Assembly (NCBI GenBank): GCA_002269645.1
Contig: NIVC01003604.1
Span: 1-64,000, forward strand
Length of the DNA stretch: 64,000 nt
Direction of reading: 5' to 3'
Origin: Macrostomum lignano
Taxonomy: Eukaryota
Below are positions 50,965-62,796 of this stretch, one piece after another. The translations under genes were made by a program, and so were the position numbers. Position 1 is the first letter of the stretch. Every line of letters begins with the position of its first letter. Under the pieces are notes generated by a model. That model saw nothing but the letters and a program-made list of their open reading frames with translations, was not told the DNA's origin and ran no database searches.

Positions 50965-51602
50965 TATATTATTATGATAGATTTTGTTACACTAACTCAA
51001 AGTAACTCACAATTTTAAGAAAGGCAAACTCATTGACTTCAAATTTAAATTCGAAAATTAGTTTGCTAAAAATTGATCAACAGCCCTGCCGATATGAGTG
51101 AAAGTTTCTAGAAGACTTGAACGGAAAAAAATATCGCATAACTGCATACCCTCTAAGCAATCTAAACACAGACCTACGTAGGCAATCAAAAACTTTTATG
51201 AAGTTACGAGCTAAGTTACGAGCTAACCCCCAAGGCACAGTGAAGTGTGCATGCTTAGCGATAAATAAAATTAGGGTCGCTGTGTGTGAGTCTGCTCAGA
51301 AGAGTCGGCTGAATGCTCAACAATGTCTCTCGCCGGTTGTGTGACAGTACCGATTAAGGTGCGCCAGGGTGCACACAGTCACTGCTTTTAAAACTCTCCG
51401 AATGAAAAATTTAGCCCTAGAAATAACCTAAAACAACTGTACTGACTAACTCATATTACTAACATCTAACAGCCTATAACTAAGACAGAGCTAATTAATG
51501 AAAATTTTCAAGGAACGAAATTAAATGTAGATAAAAAACAACTGAATAACGCATCAAAGAAGCTTAAAATAGTAAACAGATCAGAATGAATGAACTAAAA
51601 AG

Positions 51603-53123
51603 TTACACAGTCAACTTATACAATCCAATTAATTTTGAATCTTGACACACCGCCAGCAGCTTTGGGCTTTCTTCAATGATCGCCAAGCCAAATGGGCTAT
51701 CAACTTTACTCATACCACTGCCAGCCTCACCCTCGACTCCGACAGTCTGCAGCACAGTGCCGTCACTCTGTATCACACGAACTACATGCCCTGAATTCTC
51801 ACTGACACACAGCAGACCTGACCAATGAGTCGCGACACCAACAGGTCCACGAAGCTTGTCAAGACGACTTTGCTTAGTCGGGTAGGTCGAGATCAGCTGA
51901 TCGCTGGCGAGACACACTTTGTAGAGCTTGCCACCTTCATAGTCAGCCAGTAGCAGCGCGTTGTCAATTACAGACATGCCCTCCATGAATTTACCAGGGT
52001 TACCGACACCGACCAATGTGATTTTGGTCTGAAGCTGACCGCTGTCTTTATCGATGCACAGCACTGACCATTCCGGGCTGCCTTTGCTCAAAGCAAATAT
52101 CTTGTCAGAGCTGCAGGCCAAGGCAAATAATTTGACTGGATGACCCAGGCTGCTCGAGTTGAAAGCCTGCGTCACGCGGCCGCTGAGGTCCGTCACCTTC
52201 AAAGTACCATAGTCAGCGACATAAAGAGTCTGTCGCTTGCTGTCACAGCAGAGTCCAGCGACAGGTTTTGAGACATCAATGTCGAGCTGTAGTTGCGCTT
52301 TCACTAAGCCATCAACTGAGCAGGCAAGAAGGTAGTTTATCTTATTTTTAGGATGAAAACTAACGAAGAGACACGGCTGTGGCAGCTCTCTGTCAGAGAC
52401 CTCCTTGACCACCTTGCTCTGAGAATCCACGTAGAAGTCTTGCGTGTTGCTGCATGATGACACATAATATGGAGAACCCGGTAGATCTTTGATTTCAGAC
52501 TGAAATTCAAAAATTGGTTTTTCTGCACTAAGAGACTCTGCTGACCCGCACAGCTGCATCACATCAATCAGGTGTCTGTCAATCAGCAGCTGCAAGTCCC
52601 TCACACAGCCGCTCACATCGCCCACAGTCCTTCCAATGCCTCTCTTAGAGTTTTCGGTAATGATCGGGCCAAACATCGTCTGCAACTCTTCACTCCTAAT
52701 ATCGAATGCGCTAGAAATTTCAAACATCTTATTGAAGTCATTGTGCTTTTCTGCTTCCGTCACTTCTCGCTCATACTCCTGCAGAGCGGACAACTGCTGC
52801 AGATTCTGCAACACGCTGTCGTGTCTCTCAGTCAGTCGCTTTGTCACAGCTGCCTTCCACTTAATCAGCGAGTCCACAGCCGACTCAAACAGCTCCTCAG
52901 TCTCTTGCAGCTCAACTGACAGAGCTTGCTGCTGCATCCGAAATTCTTTCTGCAATTTTAGAAATGGCTTCAGCTTTCCCTGCATATTTTTGTACAGAAC
53001 TCGCACAATTTCTCTGTCCTGCTCAATGTGTTTCTCACACAATGGCTGTGGGATTCGAAAACCAGTGCCACATACGGGATCGGTGCAGCCTTTAATAAAG
53101 CAAGAAGTGCTCCGCTCCGACAT
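51603..53123 (-). CDS. Zn-finger/coiled-coil/six-bladed beta-propeller (NHL/SGL-like) protein, RING-less TRIM-like (copy A), 506 aa, single coding exon
   Basis: Intact ORF. C-x4-C-x15-C-x2-H N-terminus, heptad-rich helix at aa ~55-135, and blade motifs [57 protein letters not shown]. Confidence 0.85.
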   Translation of the reverse strand: MSERSTSCFIKGCTDPVCGTGFRIPQPLCEKHIEQDREIVRVLYKNMQGKLKPFLKLQKEFRMQQQALSVELQETEELFESAVDSLIKWKAAVTKRLTERHDSVLQNLQQLSALQEYEREVTEAEKHNDFNKMFEISSAFDIRSEELQTMFGPIITENSKRGIGRTVGDVSGCVRDLQLLIDRHLIDVMQLCGSAESLSAEKPIFEFQSEIKDLPGSPYYVSSCSNTQDFYVDSQSKVVKEVSDRELPQPCLFVSFHPKNKINYLLACSVDGLVKAQLQLDIDVSKPVAGLCCDSKRQTLYVADYGTLKVTDLSGRVTQAFNSSSLGHPVKLFALACSSDKIFALSKGSPEWSVLCIDKDSGQLQTKITLVGVGNPGKFMEGMSVIDNALLLADYEGGKLYKVCLASDQLISTYPTKQSRLDKLRGPVGVATHWSGLLCVSENSGHVVRVIQSDGTVLQTVGVEGEAGSGMSKVDSPFGLAIIEESPKLLAVCQDSKLIGLYKLTV

Positions 53124-53539
53124 TGAGTTGCAACTGAAATATGATATTATAGTAAGTTTTATACAGAAATTGTAAAGCCATTTTTTGACAGAAAGCTATA
53201 ACTGGTGTGAATCACAGATACTATAAACACTAGATAGGCCACTCCAGCTAATTTTCACAACACGACAGTTTACTTTACTTTCTGCTTAGTAGTAGTAAAA
53301 ACATTTTAGCGTTATTTATATTTTTTAAAAATAAAAAAACAGATGAATGCAATGCAGCAATTATATTGATTTTATTTGCAAAAAGAAACTTATAATTATA
53401 CTTTCCACAATTCAAAGCAACATTGTGAATGCTTTAGATTGCATTGAAGGCTATATTATTGCAGTCAACTATTGTATATTTAGCAAATACGAGCTATATC
53501 ATATACTCCATAATCCATATTCGTGTAGCAAAATAGAAA

Positions 53540-54575
53540 GATTTCTCATCTTAATCAGCTCATCTGTTTGTGAAACTCGCAGCGTGCTGTCGAAGAACAG
53601 GGGGTCGCCAGTCACTCTTGTTCAGAGGCAGCATTCAGCACGGCCCAACAGATAAAAAAAACTGGCGAATGCGCCTCTTCTAAGTCCAGGGATGTATCCG
53701 ATGGAGAGCCAATCCTCAGTGGTTTCGTAACAGGCAGCTGATAAGCAGCAGGACTTTTGTGGTGCAGCTGCAATGAGCTGCTGATGAGATGACATCCTTT
53801 GACCAGAGCACCCCTGACTGCGAGCGCCCTGCCGCCCAGTCGACCGCTGGAAGCTGCGCTATAGCCACGCCTCAAAAGTCCATGGATGCACGACTGCGCT
53901 GTACTTGCCTTGACCATCGAGAGTTGCTGCTGCAGCCGCTTGATTTGCCTGTCGCTTTCGGGATTGCTGCTGCAGCCGCTTGATTCGCCTGTCACTTTCG
54001 GGATCGTTGCTGCAGCCGCTTGATCGTTGCCTCTAGCGCTTGGAACCCGCAAATCGGCTGCAGAGGTGAGAGCTTTCAGCCGCAACAGCTGTTCTCGGCG
54101 CAGAATCTGGTAGCCGAAGGTTGCTCTGCCACAGCACTGGCAGCAGGCAAGTCGCAGGCTCGGCTGCAGATAGATTGCTAATAGGCCCCAGCACTGGAGG
54201 GTACATGTCGTCTGCCTCTTCATCGTTTATCAGTCCTTTGCACAGAGCTGGTAGCTGGTCTATTTGAACGAGCCGAGGCAGCATCAACTCTTGGTGTGGG
54301 ATTGCGTCCCAGCGAAAACAGATGTCTTGCACATCCGTGGCACTTTGTAAGGCAGCAGTAGGCCTCGTCCATAAAGTGCAAGCTGAACACACGTAGGCCC
54401 CGTGATTTAATTGTTTATAAAGGTCAATATCCACGCTCCTGCAGTAGCTGCTGCCAGCGCTTCGCCAGTGTCATCTTTTGGTAATTTATGCATTCGCAAC
54501 GGATTGTTCTTTCTCGGATGTTAATAGCACTAGTACAGAGCTCGTGCAAGTGGGAGCACAGCAGTGGTTCGAATC
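53540..54575 (-). pseudogene. Decayed THAP-domain / P-element-superfamily transposase relic
   Basis: Fragments in shifting frames rebuild a THAP domain: NHCCAPTCTS ... MHKLPKDD ... KRWQQLL ... AYVCSA ... WDAIP. A coiled segment follows, then LQLHHKSPAAYQL, resembling the P-transposase LHFYSPKAY region. Several frameshifts and stops. Confidence 0.7.
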
Positions 54576-54682
54576 AAAACATTTCTCGAGTACGAGATTA
54601 GATAGAAAAGCTAGTATGCACTCGAACTTTCTTTAACTCTGAATCTTGTCCTGTTCATCTATATATAAGCTTGTATTTAAGC

Positions 54683-56228
54683 TAGGGGGCGACCCAGTCC
54701 CGGGCCCGGGCCCGAAAAGTCGGGAATCCCGACCAAAATCGTGGCCCGACCCGGGCCCGGGCCCGACCCTAAAAAAGTCGGGAAATCGGGACAAGTCTTT
54801 TTTCCCTAAAGGCACTAACCGCGTGCGAATAAGAATAAAATTATTTTTATTCACAGCACAGCACAACACTCAGTTAAGCATCGCATCAGCACTCAAGACT
54901 CAAGCACTGCACGACTGCAGTAATAGTAATAGATGATATGATGTGAAGTAGCAATATCATTGATTTGTAGTATGCTCTTAGCGTGAGCGTCTGTGACTGT
55001 GACCGTGAGCGTCAGCCACAGCCAGTTTCCACTTTCCAGGAAGATCGGATTTTTTCCAGGAAGATAAAATTAAAACATAGTTTTGCAATACTTTTTTGCA
55101 ATATTGATTCCACTTTACACGCTGCAGGCTGCAGCCTAAAAGCAAAAATATGATTCTTAAAAAAGTTGATTTGTCAATTTTAAGCTTTTGTAAATAACAT
55201 TTCCTATTTACATTCCAAGAAGTACCTATTAAGGGCCAAGGCTACCATTTTTCCAAGAAGTTTGCTATCTGTCAGAGTTTGTAATCGTGTTCATATTTGT
55301 ATTGTATTCGTAGGTAGTTGTAGTCGTAGACTCATAGTATCATATTCGTAATCATATTCGTTTAGGTAGGTAGGTGAGCAGGTAGGCAGGTATCAGCTAA
55401 TTACTTGTATTTCCATTGTCTGTTTGCCTGTTCTGTTGAGACAGTTGAGTGTTGTGTTGTGTTGTCACTTCACTTGTGTTCTGTTCTGTTGTCTTGTCTT
55501 GTTGTCTTATTGAATACTGACTGTGTACATGGCTCTTTACATTGAAGCTATGTAAAGGAACTAAAAATTCAAATAAAAGAATCAATCAATTGATTTGGTT
55601 CTTACTTCCTTATTGCTTCCAATGCCAAGTGCCTTACACTTAATGCTTCAGCTTTTCTTCTTTTTGATTACTGCCACTGCCAGTGCCAGCCGCACTACCG
55701 CAGTGCCTGCTTGCCTACCTCACTGCCTATTAGTGTCACTGTCACTGGCACACACACAGTACTTGTGCCACACAGTGACATTGAATTTGAACTATTGGGT
55801 ATATTGATATTTGAGTATTAAGTCTTTTAATGTAACTCTTATCTATTCTGAAGTCTTAACTAATGTATTAAATAAAAATAATATTTATTATATTATATAT
55901 TTAATATATATTTAATTTAATATATTATATTTATTATATTTATATTATTATATATTCAATATATTTATATATTATAATATATTTAATGTTTATCATATAT
56001 TTATTATACATTTAATATATTATATTAGATTTAATATATCTATATATTTATTATATATTTAATAGTAATCTGCATATGCTAAAAGTATTAAGATTTATTA
56101 TGATTTTTTTTCCAATTATTGAGCTGTCCTAAAGATCTTGTCCCGAATTCCCGAGGCCCGACCCGGGCCCGAGTCCTCATTCCCGGGCCCGACCCGGGCC
56201 CGACTTTGGCTGTCCCGGTCGCCCCCTA
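54683..56228. mobile_element. Non-autonomous hAT DNA transposon, 1546 bp
   Basis: Perfect 12-bp TIR TAGGGGGCGACC and exact 8-bp TSD ATTTAAGC (54675-82, 56229-36). Subterminal CCCGGGCCCG/CCCGAC repeats at both ends, an AT-rich interior at 55860-56062, and no transposase. Confidence 0.92.
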
Positions 56229-58253
56229 ATTTAAGCACGATTCGCCACCCCCAAATTTTCTAAACCACAACCTCTCAACCCCCACCCCTAACGCAGGCTG
56301 GCTATGTCCAGTCCTTTATTTTCTATCCCACCACCAGTGGGCCTAAATTATCGATCCACTCACCCTGCCTTATACGAAACTGATATTAACCCTATTCCAG
56401 ACTACCCCCCTTCCTCCACTTTGAAAGATAGCGGCATTGTACACTGTCTGTCGCGTCTTAATGTACACCATTACTGCACAAAACAAGTTAGTTGTTTATG
56501 GCGTTAGCAAAACGATGTCTCAAAAACAGTCACTTGATTTGTCTAATTTAGCAAATAATACTGTTGCTTCCTTTCATTGCTACTAAGCAGAAAGTAGAAT
56601 AAAAAACTTGCCCAGAAAATTAGCCTGAGTGGCCTATCTAGTGTTTATAGTATCTGTGGTGTGAATAGTACCTTTGAAATCTGCAAACTCTGATTTCATC
56701 TTTTCAACAGAGCCACAGAGAGTGACTTAAAGAGAGGGCAATTCACAACTTAAAGTTAGCATCCCATTTTATTGCGCATTGCAGATACAGCTGAGACCAG
56801 AAAATCTCACGAGTCACACCCTCCTTCATGTTGGAAGGGCAGTTAAGACGAAGTCTATTATTCTCAATTCGCAATTAAGATGTCCAGTTGTTCAACAGAA
56901 ATGACAAATGCACATAGCCGTAGCAACGGGCAGGACTGTTCTATCAAACTTAAGTTGGTCCCCAGGAAGAAATTTCGGTTAAGGGAACGAGGACTTTCTA
57001 GCAACAGGCACTTAAACAGCCGACTGGGACAATTCAAGCTTGTTGTAAAAGTTCCGGACATTCTTAAAAAGGCCTAACCTTCATCTATATTGTGAACTAT
57101 TTGACGCTCATCTAGTTACCTTTGAACCACCTAATGGATTCCAAACACAGAAACTGAAAATAACAACAGCTTGAGACATTGCAGAACTTTATTGACAAAT
57201 CAGTCAATTGTTTGTATATTTCTTGTCAAGACTTTGTAGCTAAAGAAGTGGACAAATTTAGAGAGAACAGATTTAGCAAAGATACATAAACGGCCATCTA
57301 TAGCGCAGTTATGGAAACATGTAAGGATCAGAAAAAAAAGAAAAGTCGGAAAGTTGGCAATTACTAAAAATGTTTGTATCCATTACTCATATCTCTACAT
57401 ATAAAAAGCAAATCTTTGTATAAAGTTAAATTTCTAAAATTTCATAAATTTCTCTGCATAAAAACCAGACGTGCTGTATCGATTATTCTGATAGATTTTG
57501 TTATAAGTTTATAACAACTCAAAATATTTCAAAACTTCGAGACGGCCAAACTCATAGCTTGCGAATTTCAATCCAAAAATTAATTCGCTCAAAATGGATT
57601 CAGAGTCTCGCTGTTGTTACAAGTAAAAAATCTTATATAATTGAACGGAAGAATACTCGTATATTGAGGCGGAAGGCCTTTTAGTTTCAATAGATGGAAT
57701 GGCAGCGAAGATTTTGCACTGCATTGCGCGTATATTTATACAAGTGAAAACAGCGCGAGATTATTGAGTGGCCAAGGGAGGTGCGCATATGTGGCGTGGC
57801 GTGATTGGCTACGCCAACCTCCCTTGGCTTAGCGAGCCGGCTAGCGCGGTGCGCCACCACCCCACCTCAGCTAGACAGAGGTTGGCGGGGGGGTTTCCAG
57901 TGCGGCTGCACTGGTGCTGCCGGTCGCGTAGTCTGGCCGCCACAATATTCAGAAAATAATATTCTTAAAATTGCCCGTGTAAGCATTCCATAGCACCAGA
58001 TTCCTAGTAGATTCATAGATTTACTCTAGGAGAAAAAATATCTTAAAAACAGCTCTACTAATAATGCACATATTTGCACCCACGATAATTTTAAAAACAA
58101 CTGTACCGACTACTCATAACCCTATACTACTGTTACTAGTAACTAACAGTACACAACAACTTTAACAGAACACTAATACTAATGACATGTAAAAAACCAC
58201 ATTGAGGGTGGATGAAACAACAATTAACACCCACACCAAATAAGATTCGCAAA

Positions 58254-58700
58254 CTACGAACAGATGCGAATAAACTTTAAAATTACAGTCAACTTATAAA
58301 GGCCAATCGATTGTGAATCTTGACACACCGCCAGCAGCTTAGGGCTACCTTCAATGATCGCCAAACCGAATAAGTCAGCAATTTCATCACCGTCACTGCC
58401 AGTCTGACACTCGACTTCGACAGACTGCAGCACAGTGCCGTCACTCCGCATCAAACGAAGCACCTGCCCATCACACTCGCTGACAAACAGCAGACCCGAG
58501 CGATGAGCCGCGACACCAACAAGTCCACGAAGCTTGTCAAGACGAATTCGCTTGGTCAGGTAGGTCGAAATCAGCTAACTGCTGGCCAGACAAACTTTGT
58601 AGAGGTTGCCACCGGCATAGTCGGTGAACAGCAATGCGTTTTCAATTACAGACATGCCATCTGTAAATTTACCAGAGATACGGACACCAACCAAGGTATT
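58254..58700 (-). pseudogene. 3' fragment of the beta-propeller gene family (copy D)
   Basis: [42 protein letters not shown]... aligns to the last blades. It has an in-frame stop, a lost native stop and no 5' part. Confidence 0.85.
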
Positions 58701-58968
58701 TTAAAGATTAGGATATTTAAGAGAGATGTATTATAAAAATGTCACAATTAATGAAACACTTTGAAAACATGGTGACCCTCTAATACAACTGTATACTGTA
58801 CTCACAACTCATAATATGAGGAATAAACAGCACAAAATAACTCTAACAGAATGCGAATACAATGAAGCGTCAATTAACGACATTAACGGTACATACGCTC
58901 ATAAAACAACAATTAACAGAAACGTCGAAAATAGTTTACGGCCCACGTAGGGATAAAAAAACAAAAAA

Positions 58969-60495
58969 TTACATAGTAAGCTTATAAAGGCCAATTGAAC
59001 TTAAATTTTGACACACCGCCAGAAGCTTGGGGCTTTCTTCAACGATTGCCAAGCCCAATGGGTCATCAATGTCATCACCGTCACTACTGTCAGCCTCACC
59101 CAATACTTTTACCGTCTGCAGCACAGTGCCGTCACTCTGCATCAAACGAACCACATGCCCTGAACGCTCGCCGACAAACAGCAGACCCGACCGATGAGCC
59201 GCGACACCAACAGGTCCACGAAACTTTCCCAGAGAACTTCGCTTGGAAGGGTAGGTTGAGATCAGCTGACCACTGGTAAGACACACTTTGTAAAGCTTGT
59301 TAGCCGCAAAGTCAGTAAGCAGCAGGGCATTGTCAACTACAGACATCATGCCCTGAGTAAATTTATCAGAGATACTGGCTGTAACCAAAGTAATGTTGGT
59401 CTGCAGCTGACCGCTGTCTTTATCGATGCACAGCACTGACCATTCTGGTTTGCCTTTGCTCAAAGCAAATATCTTGTCAGAGCTGCTGGTCACGGCAATA
59501 AAGTTAACTGGCCGTCCCAGGTTGCTCGAGTTGAAGACCTGCGTCACGCAGCCGCTGAGGTCCGTCACTTTCACTGTATCAAACTGAGCAACATAAAGAG
59601 TCTGTCGCTTGCTGTCACAGCAGAGTCCAGCGATATTATTTGCGATATCAATGTTTAGCTGAACTTTTGCCTTTACTTTGCCGTCGACTGAGCAGGCAAA
59701 AAGGTAGTTCATCTTATTATTAGGACGAAAACTAACGAAGAGACACGGCTGTGGCAGCTCTCTGTCAGTGGGCTCCTTGACCACCTTGCTCTGAGAATCC
59801 ACGTAAAAGCCTTGCGTGTTGCTGCATGATGACACATAATATGGAGTTCCTGGCAGATTTTGTATTTTAGACTGAAACTCACAGATTGGCTTTTCTGCAG
59901 TAAGAGGCTTTTCTGACTCGCACAGCTGCATCACATCACTCAGGTGTCTGTCAATCAGCAGCTGCAAGTCCCTCACACAGCCGCTCACATCGCCCACAGT
60001 TCTTCCAGTGCCTCGCTCAGAGTTTTCTTTACCAGTATGGCCGAATTTGACCAGAAACTCTTCACTCTCAATATCAAATGCGACAGAAATCTCAAACATC
60101 TTATTGAATTCATTGTGCTTTTCTGCTTCCGTCACTTCTCGCTCATACTCCTGCAGGGCAGACAACTCCTGCAGATTCTGCAACACGCTGTCGTGTCTCT
60201 CAGTCAGTCGCTTTGTCACAGCTGCCTTCCACTTCATCAGCGAGTCCACAGCCGACTCAAACAGCTCCTCAGTCTCTTGCAGCTCAGCTGACAGAGCTTG
60301 CTGCTGCATCCGAAATTCTTTCTGCAATTGCGAAAAAGTTTTCAGTCTTAGCTGCATACAACTGTGCAACTGATAAGCCTTTTGTCTGTCTTGCTTGAGA
60401 TGATTCACACACAGAGGCTTTGGGATTCGAGCACCGGTGCCAGACACAGGAGCGGTGCAGCTTTTGATAAAGCAAGAAGTACTCGGCTCCGACAT
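58969..60495 (-). CDS. Zn-finger/coiled-coil/beta-propeller protein (copy B), 508 aa, single coding exon
   Basis: Intact ORF, colinear with copy A along its whole length. Confidence 0.87.
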   Translation of the reverse strand: MSEPSTSCFIKSCTAPVSGTGARIPKPLCVNHLKQDRQKAYQLHSCMQLRLKTFSQLQKEFRMQQQALSAELQETEELFESAVDSLMKWKAAVTKRLTERHDSVLQNLQELSALQEYEREVTEAEKHNEFNKMFEISVAFDIESEEFLVKFGHTGKENSERGTGRTVGDVSGCVRDLQLLIDRHLSDVMQLCESEKPLTAEKPICEFQSKIQNLPGTPYYVSSCSNTQGFYVDSQSKVVKEPTDRELPQPCLFVSFRPNNKMNYLFACSVDGKVKAKVQLNIDIANNIAGLCCDSKRQTLYVAQFDTVKVTDLSGCVTQVFNSSNLGRPVNFIAVTSSSDKIFALSKGKPEWSVLCIDKDSGQLQTNITLVTASISDKFTQGMMSVVDNALLLTDFAANKLYKVCLTSGQLISTYPSKRSSLGKFRGPVGVAAHRSGLLFVGERSGHVVRLMQSDGTVLQTVKVLGEADSSDGDDIDDPLGLAIVEESPKLLAVCQNLSSIGLYKLTM

Positions 60496-60973
60496 TGAGC
60501 TGTAACTGAAAATATGATATTATAGTAAATTTAATATAGGAATTAAAAAGCCATCTTTTTTAAAGCAAAGCTGACTTGTATGAAAAATACATCAGAATAC
60601 ATCAATCTGAACTCTGTTAAAGCTGACTTCAGCACTCTCATATGGCGGAGTCGTCAGGAAAGTTCATAAACGGAGTAACTGGGTTTTGATAAAAATATCT
60701 CTATTTATGGCACAGTGTGTTGAAGACAAAGCCTAGCTTAGCTCTTCACTTTGCTATACTCTGTCTGCACCAAGGATGACTAAATAATACATTTCTGCTA
60801 TCAGCCCATTTCTGATGACAAGACGTTTTAATGAGACACGTTTGAGGACTTTTAGACTTTGAATTGAAAGTATGGGAATTTTACAATCGGGAAAGTTGGA
60901 GACCAAGCTTTGTCTTTAGACTAAAACAAATAAATTCAGATAAAAAGACTTTCGTTTTGTAGATTTCAATATA

Positions 60974-61676
60974 CGAAGGGGTGTCCAGAAAGTTCTGACA
61001 CTTTTAATTCCAGAGCAAAAATAGTAGCAGACTGCAAGCACAACTTTGGGTAACTTCTCGTCTTCTCTTCTCCAATGAATTAAAATGCGTGTAGTTTTGT
61101 CATTTCTTTAAAAAGTTGTGTGACAAATAATTGAAATACCACTGATACGCTAGTAGTCTTACAGAAAAGGTTAAAAATATAAAATTTATGTTTTATACTC
61201 AAAGAAACGAACTGTAGTCATTCATTTCCATCAATAACCTTCAAAGCAGCCTTCTCAACATAGTCTCCACCTGTAGCAACACACTTTTCCATCGCTTGAG
61301 CATTCCGTCAATCGCATCAGAATAGCATATTGTCTTGAAAGACCATAGGAGAGAATGTGCCGAACCTTTTCTTCCAAATGATCCATTGCTGGAGTAAACT
61401 TCTCTCCCCCTCTCCTCTCTCTCCTTTCCTCTCCTATCCTCTCCTCTCCCCTCCCATCCTCTCCTCTCTCTCCTCTCCTTACTCCTCCCGCAATCCTACT
61501 GGCATTGCGATGGTTTTTCACACATAACTTTTAAATAAAATTATCAAAACAAGCGCGACTGAATTCATTGGAGAGAAGAGATGTGCCGCTTTATATTGAC
61601 ACCCAAGTCGTGCTTGCAGTCTGTTACTGTTTATGCTCTGGGATTAAAAGTCTCACAACTTTCCGGATACCCCTCG
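60974..61676 (-). mobile_element. Internally deleted mariner element, 703 bp
   Basis: About 80-bp imperfect TIRs starting CGA(A)GGGGT.TCC.GAAAGTT, with TA on the left and TG on the right. The interior reads MDHLEEKVRHILSY (mariner N-terminus-like) joined to KRW/KCVATGGDYVE (mariner C-terminal signature). Confidence 0.85.
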
Positions 61677-61759
61677 TGAAATATTTCAGGCGTCCAACTT
61701 TGCGAGTAAAAAATAGATATTCGTCAGGGAAAGTTTAACAAAAGATTTGATCAGAATTC

Positions 61760-61905
61760 GAGAAGCTTGGAGGATTTGGGAAGCTTGGGGGATTTGGGAA
61801 GCTTAGAGGGTTTGGAAGCTTGGAGGATTTGGGAAGCTTGGGGGATTTGGGAAGCTAGAGGGTTTGGAAGCTTGGAGGATTTAGGAAGCTTAGGGGGTTT
61901 GGGAA
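61760..61905. repeat. 18-bp G-rich minisatellite GG(A/G)GGATTTGGGAAGCTT
   Basis: Directly visible. Confidence 0.92.
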
Positions 61906-62796
61906 GCTAGATAACCACCTAAGCATCCACTATTGGCATCGACATATGGAGCAAACGGCAGGCCTTTCGGCAAAGCATTGGCTCTCAAGTGTCGCACTCT
62001 CCTTCAGTTTGGAAGGACAGTTTAGACGAAGTCTCAAATCCTCAATTCGCAAGTCGTCCAGTTGCTCAGTTGTAAATGCATCGCATGGGTATAGGAATAG
62101 GACTGCTCTATAAAACTTAAAGTTGGTACCCAAGAGGAAGCCTACTTCTTTATTTTTAAGTGAAATATTTCACGATAACTCTAGTCACATTTGAACCTAC
62201 CTAACGCATTCCAAACACAGGAACTGAAAGAAACACCGCGAAAAATTGCATAATGTATCAGAAAATTAGCAAATTATACAGTTCGTTTATTTTTTAGCTA
62301 AAATAGTAGATCAAATATGGAAAAACATATTTTAGCGCAGAAAACAACAAATAGCATAAAATTTGGCACGTCTAAGGTTTCAGGAAGAAAAGAATCACAG
62401 TATGCAATTTTTTAAAAAATTGTTGATTGCACTTCTCGTATTCATTTCTGAACTGAATTTCCAAATTTCGAGAAATTCCTCAAGCTCAAAAAATCAGTCT
62501 TCTAATTTAAATAAAAAATTATTTGTTAAAAAGTAATCACAGCTCTACCGATACGAGTGAAAATTTTCTGGAAGATTTAAACGGAAAAATACTCATAAAA
62601 TGCATCAGGCAAGCAGTCTTATGGCATTATACATGTAAATTAGTCACAGCACATAAAGCAAGTTTATCTTGGTACTCGAAGTAAACAAAATTATACTCTT
62701 CAAGCAAAAACTGCGTGCCGGATAAACCGTACTGACTACTGATAATAGATGTACAAAGACAGCATTAGAATTATAAAATGAAGTCAAATGAACAAC

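Noticed and set aside
57660-57980. GC-rich insert relative to the other module copies
   Set aside because: Probably a small transposon fragment, but no TIR, TSD or second copy could be identified by eye.
61930-62140. Degenerate RING/U-box exon (LYPCDAFTTEQLDDL...LNCP) that could complete the TRIM architecture
   Set aside because: Zn ligands are mostly missing and the reading frame is broken differently in the three module copies. It is treated as non-coding, although LRLNCP recurs.
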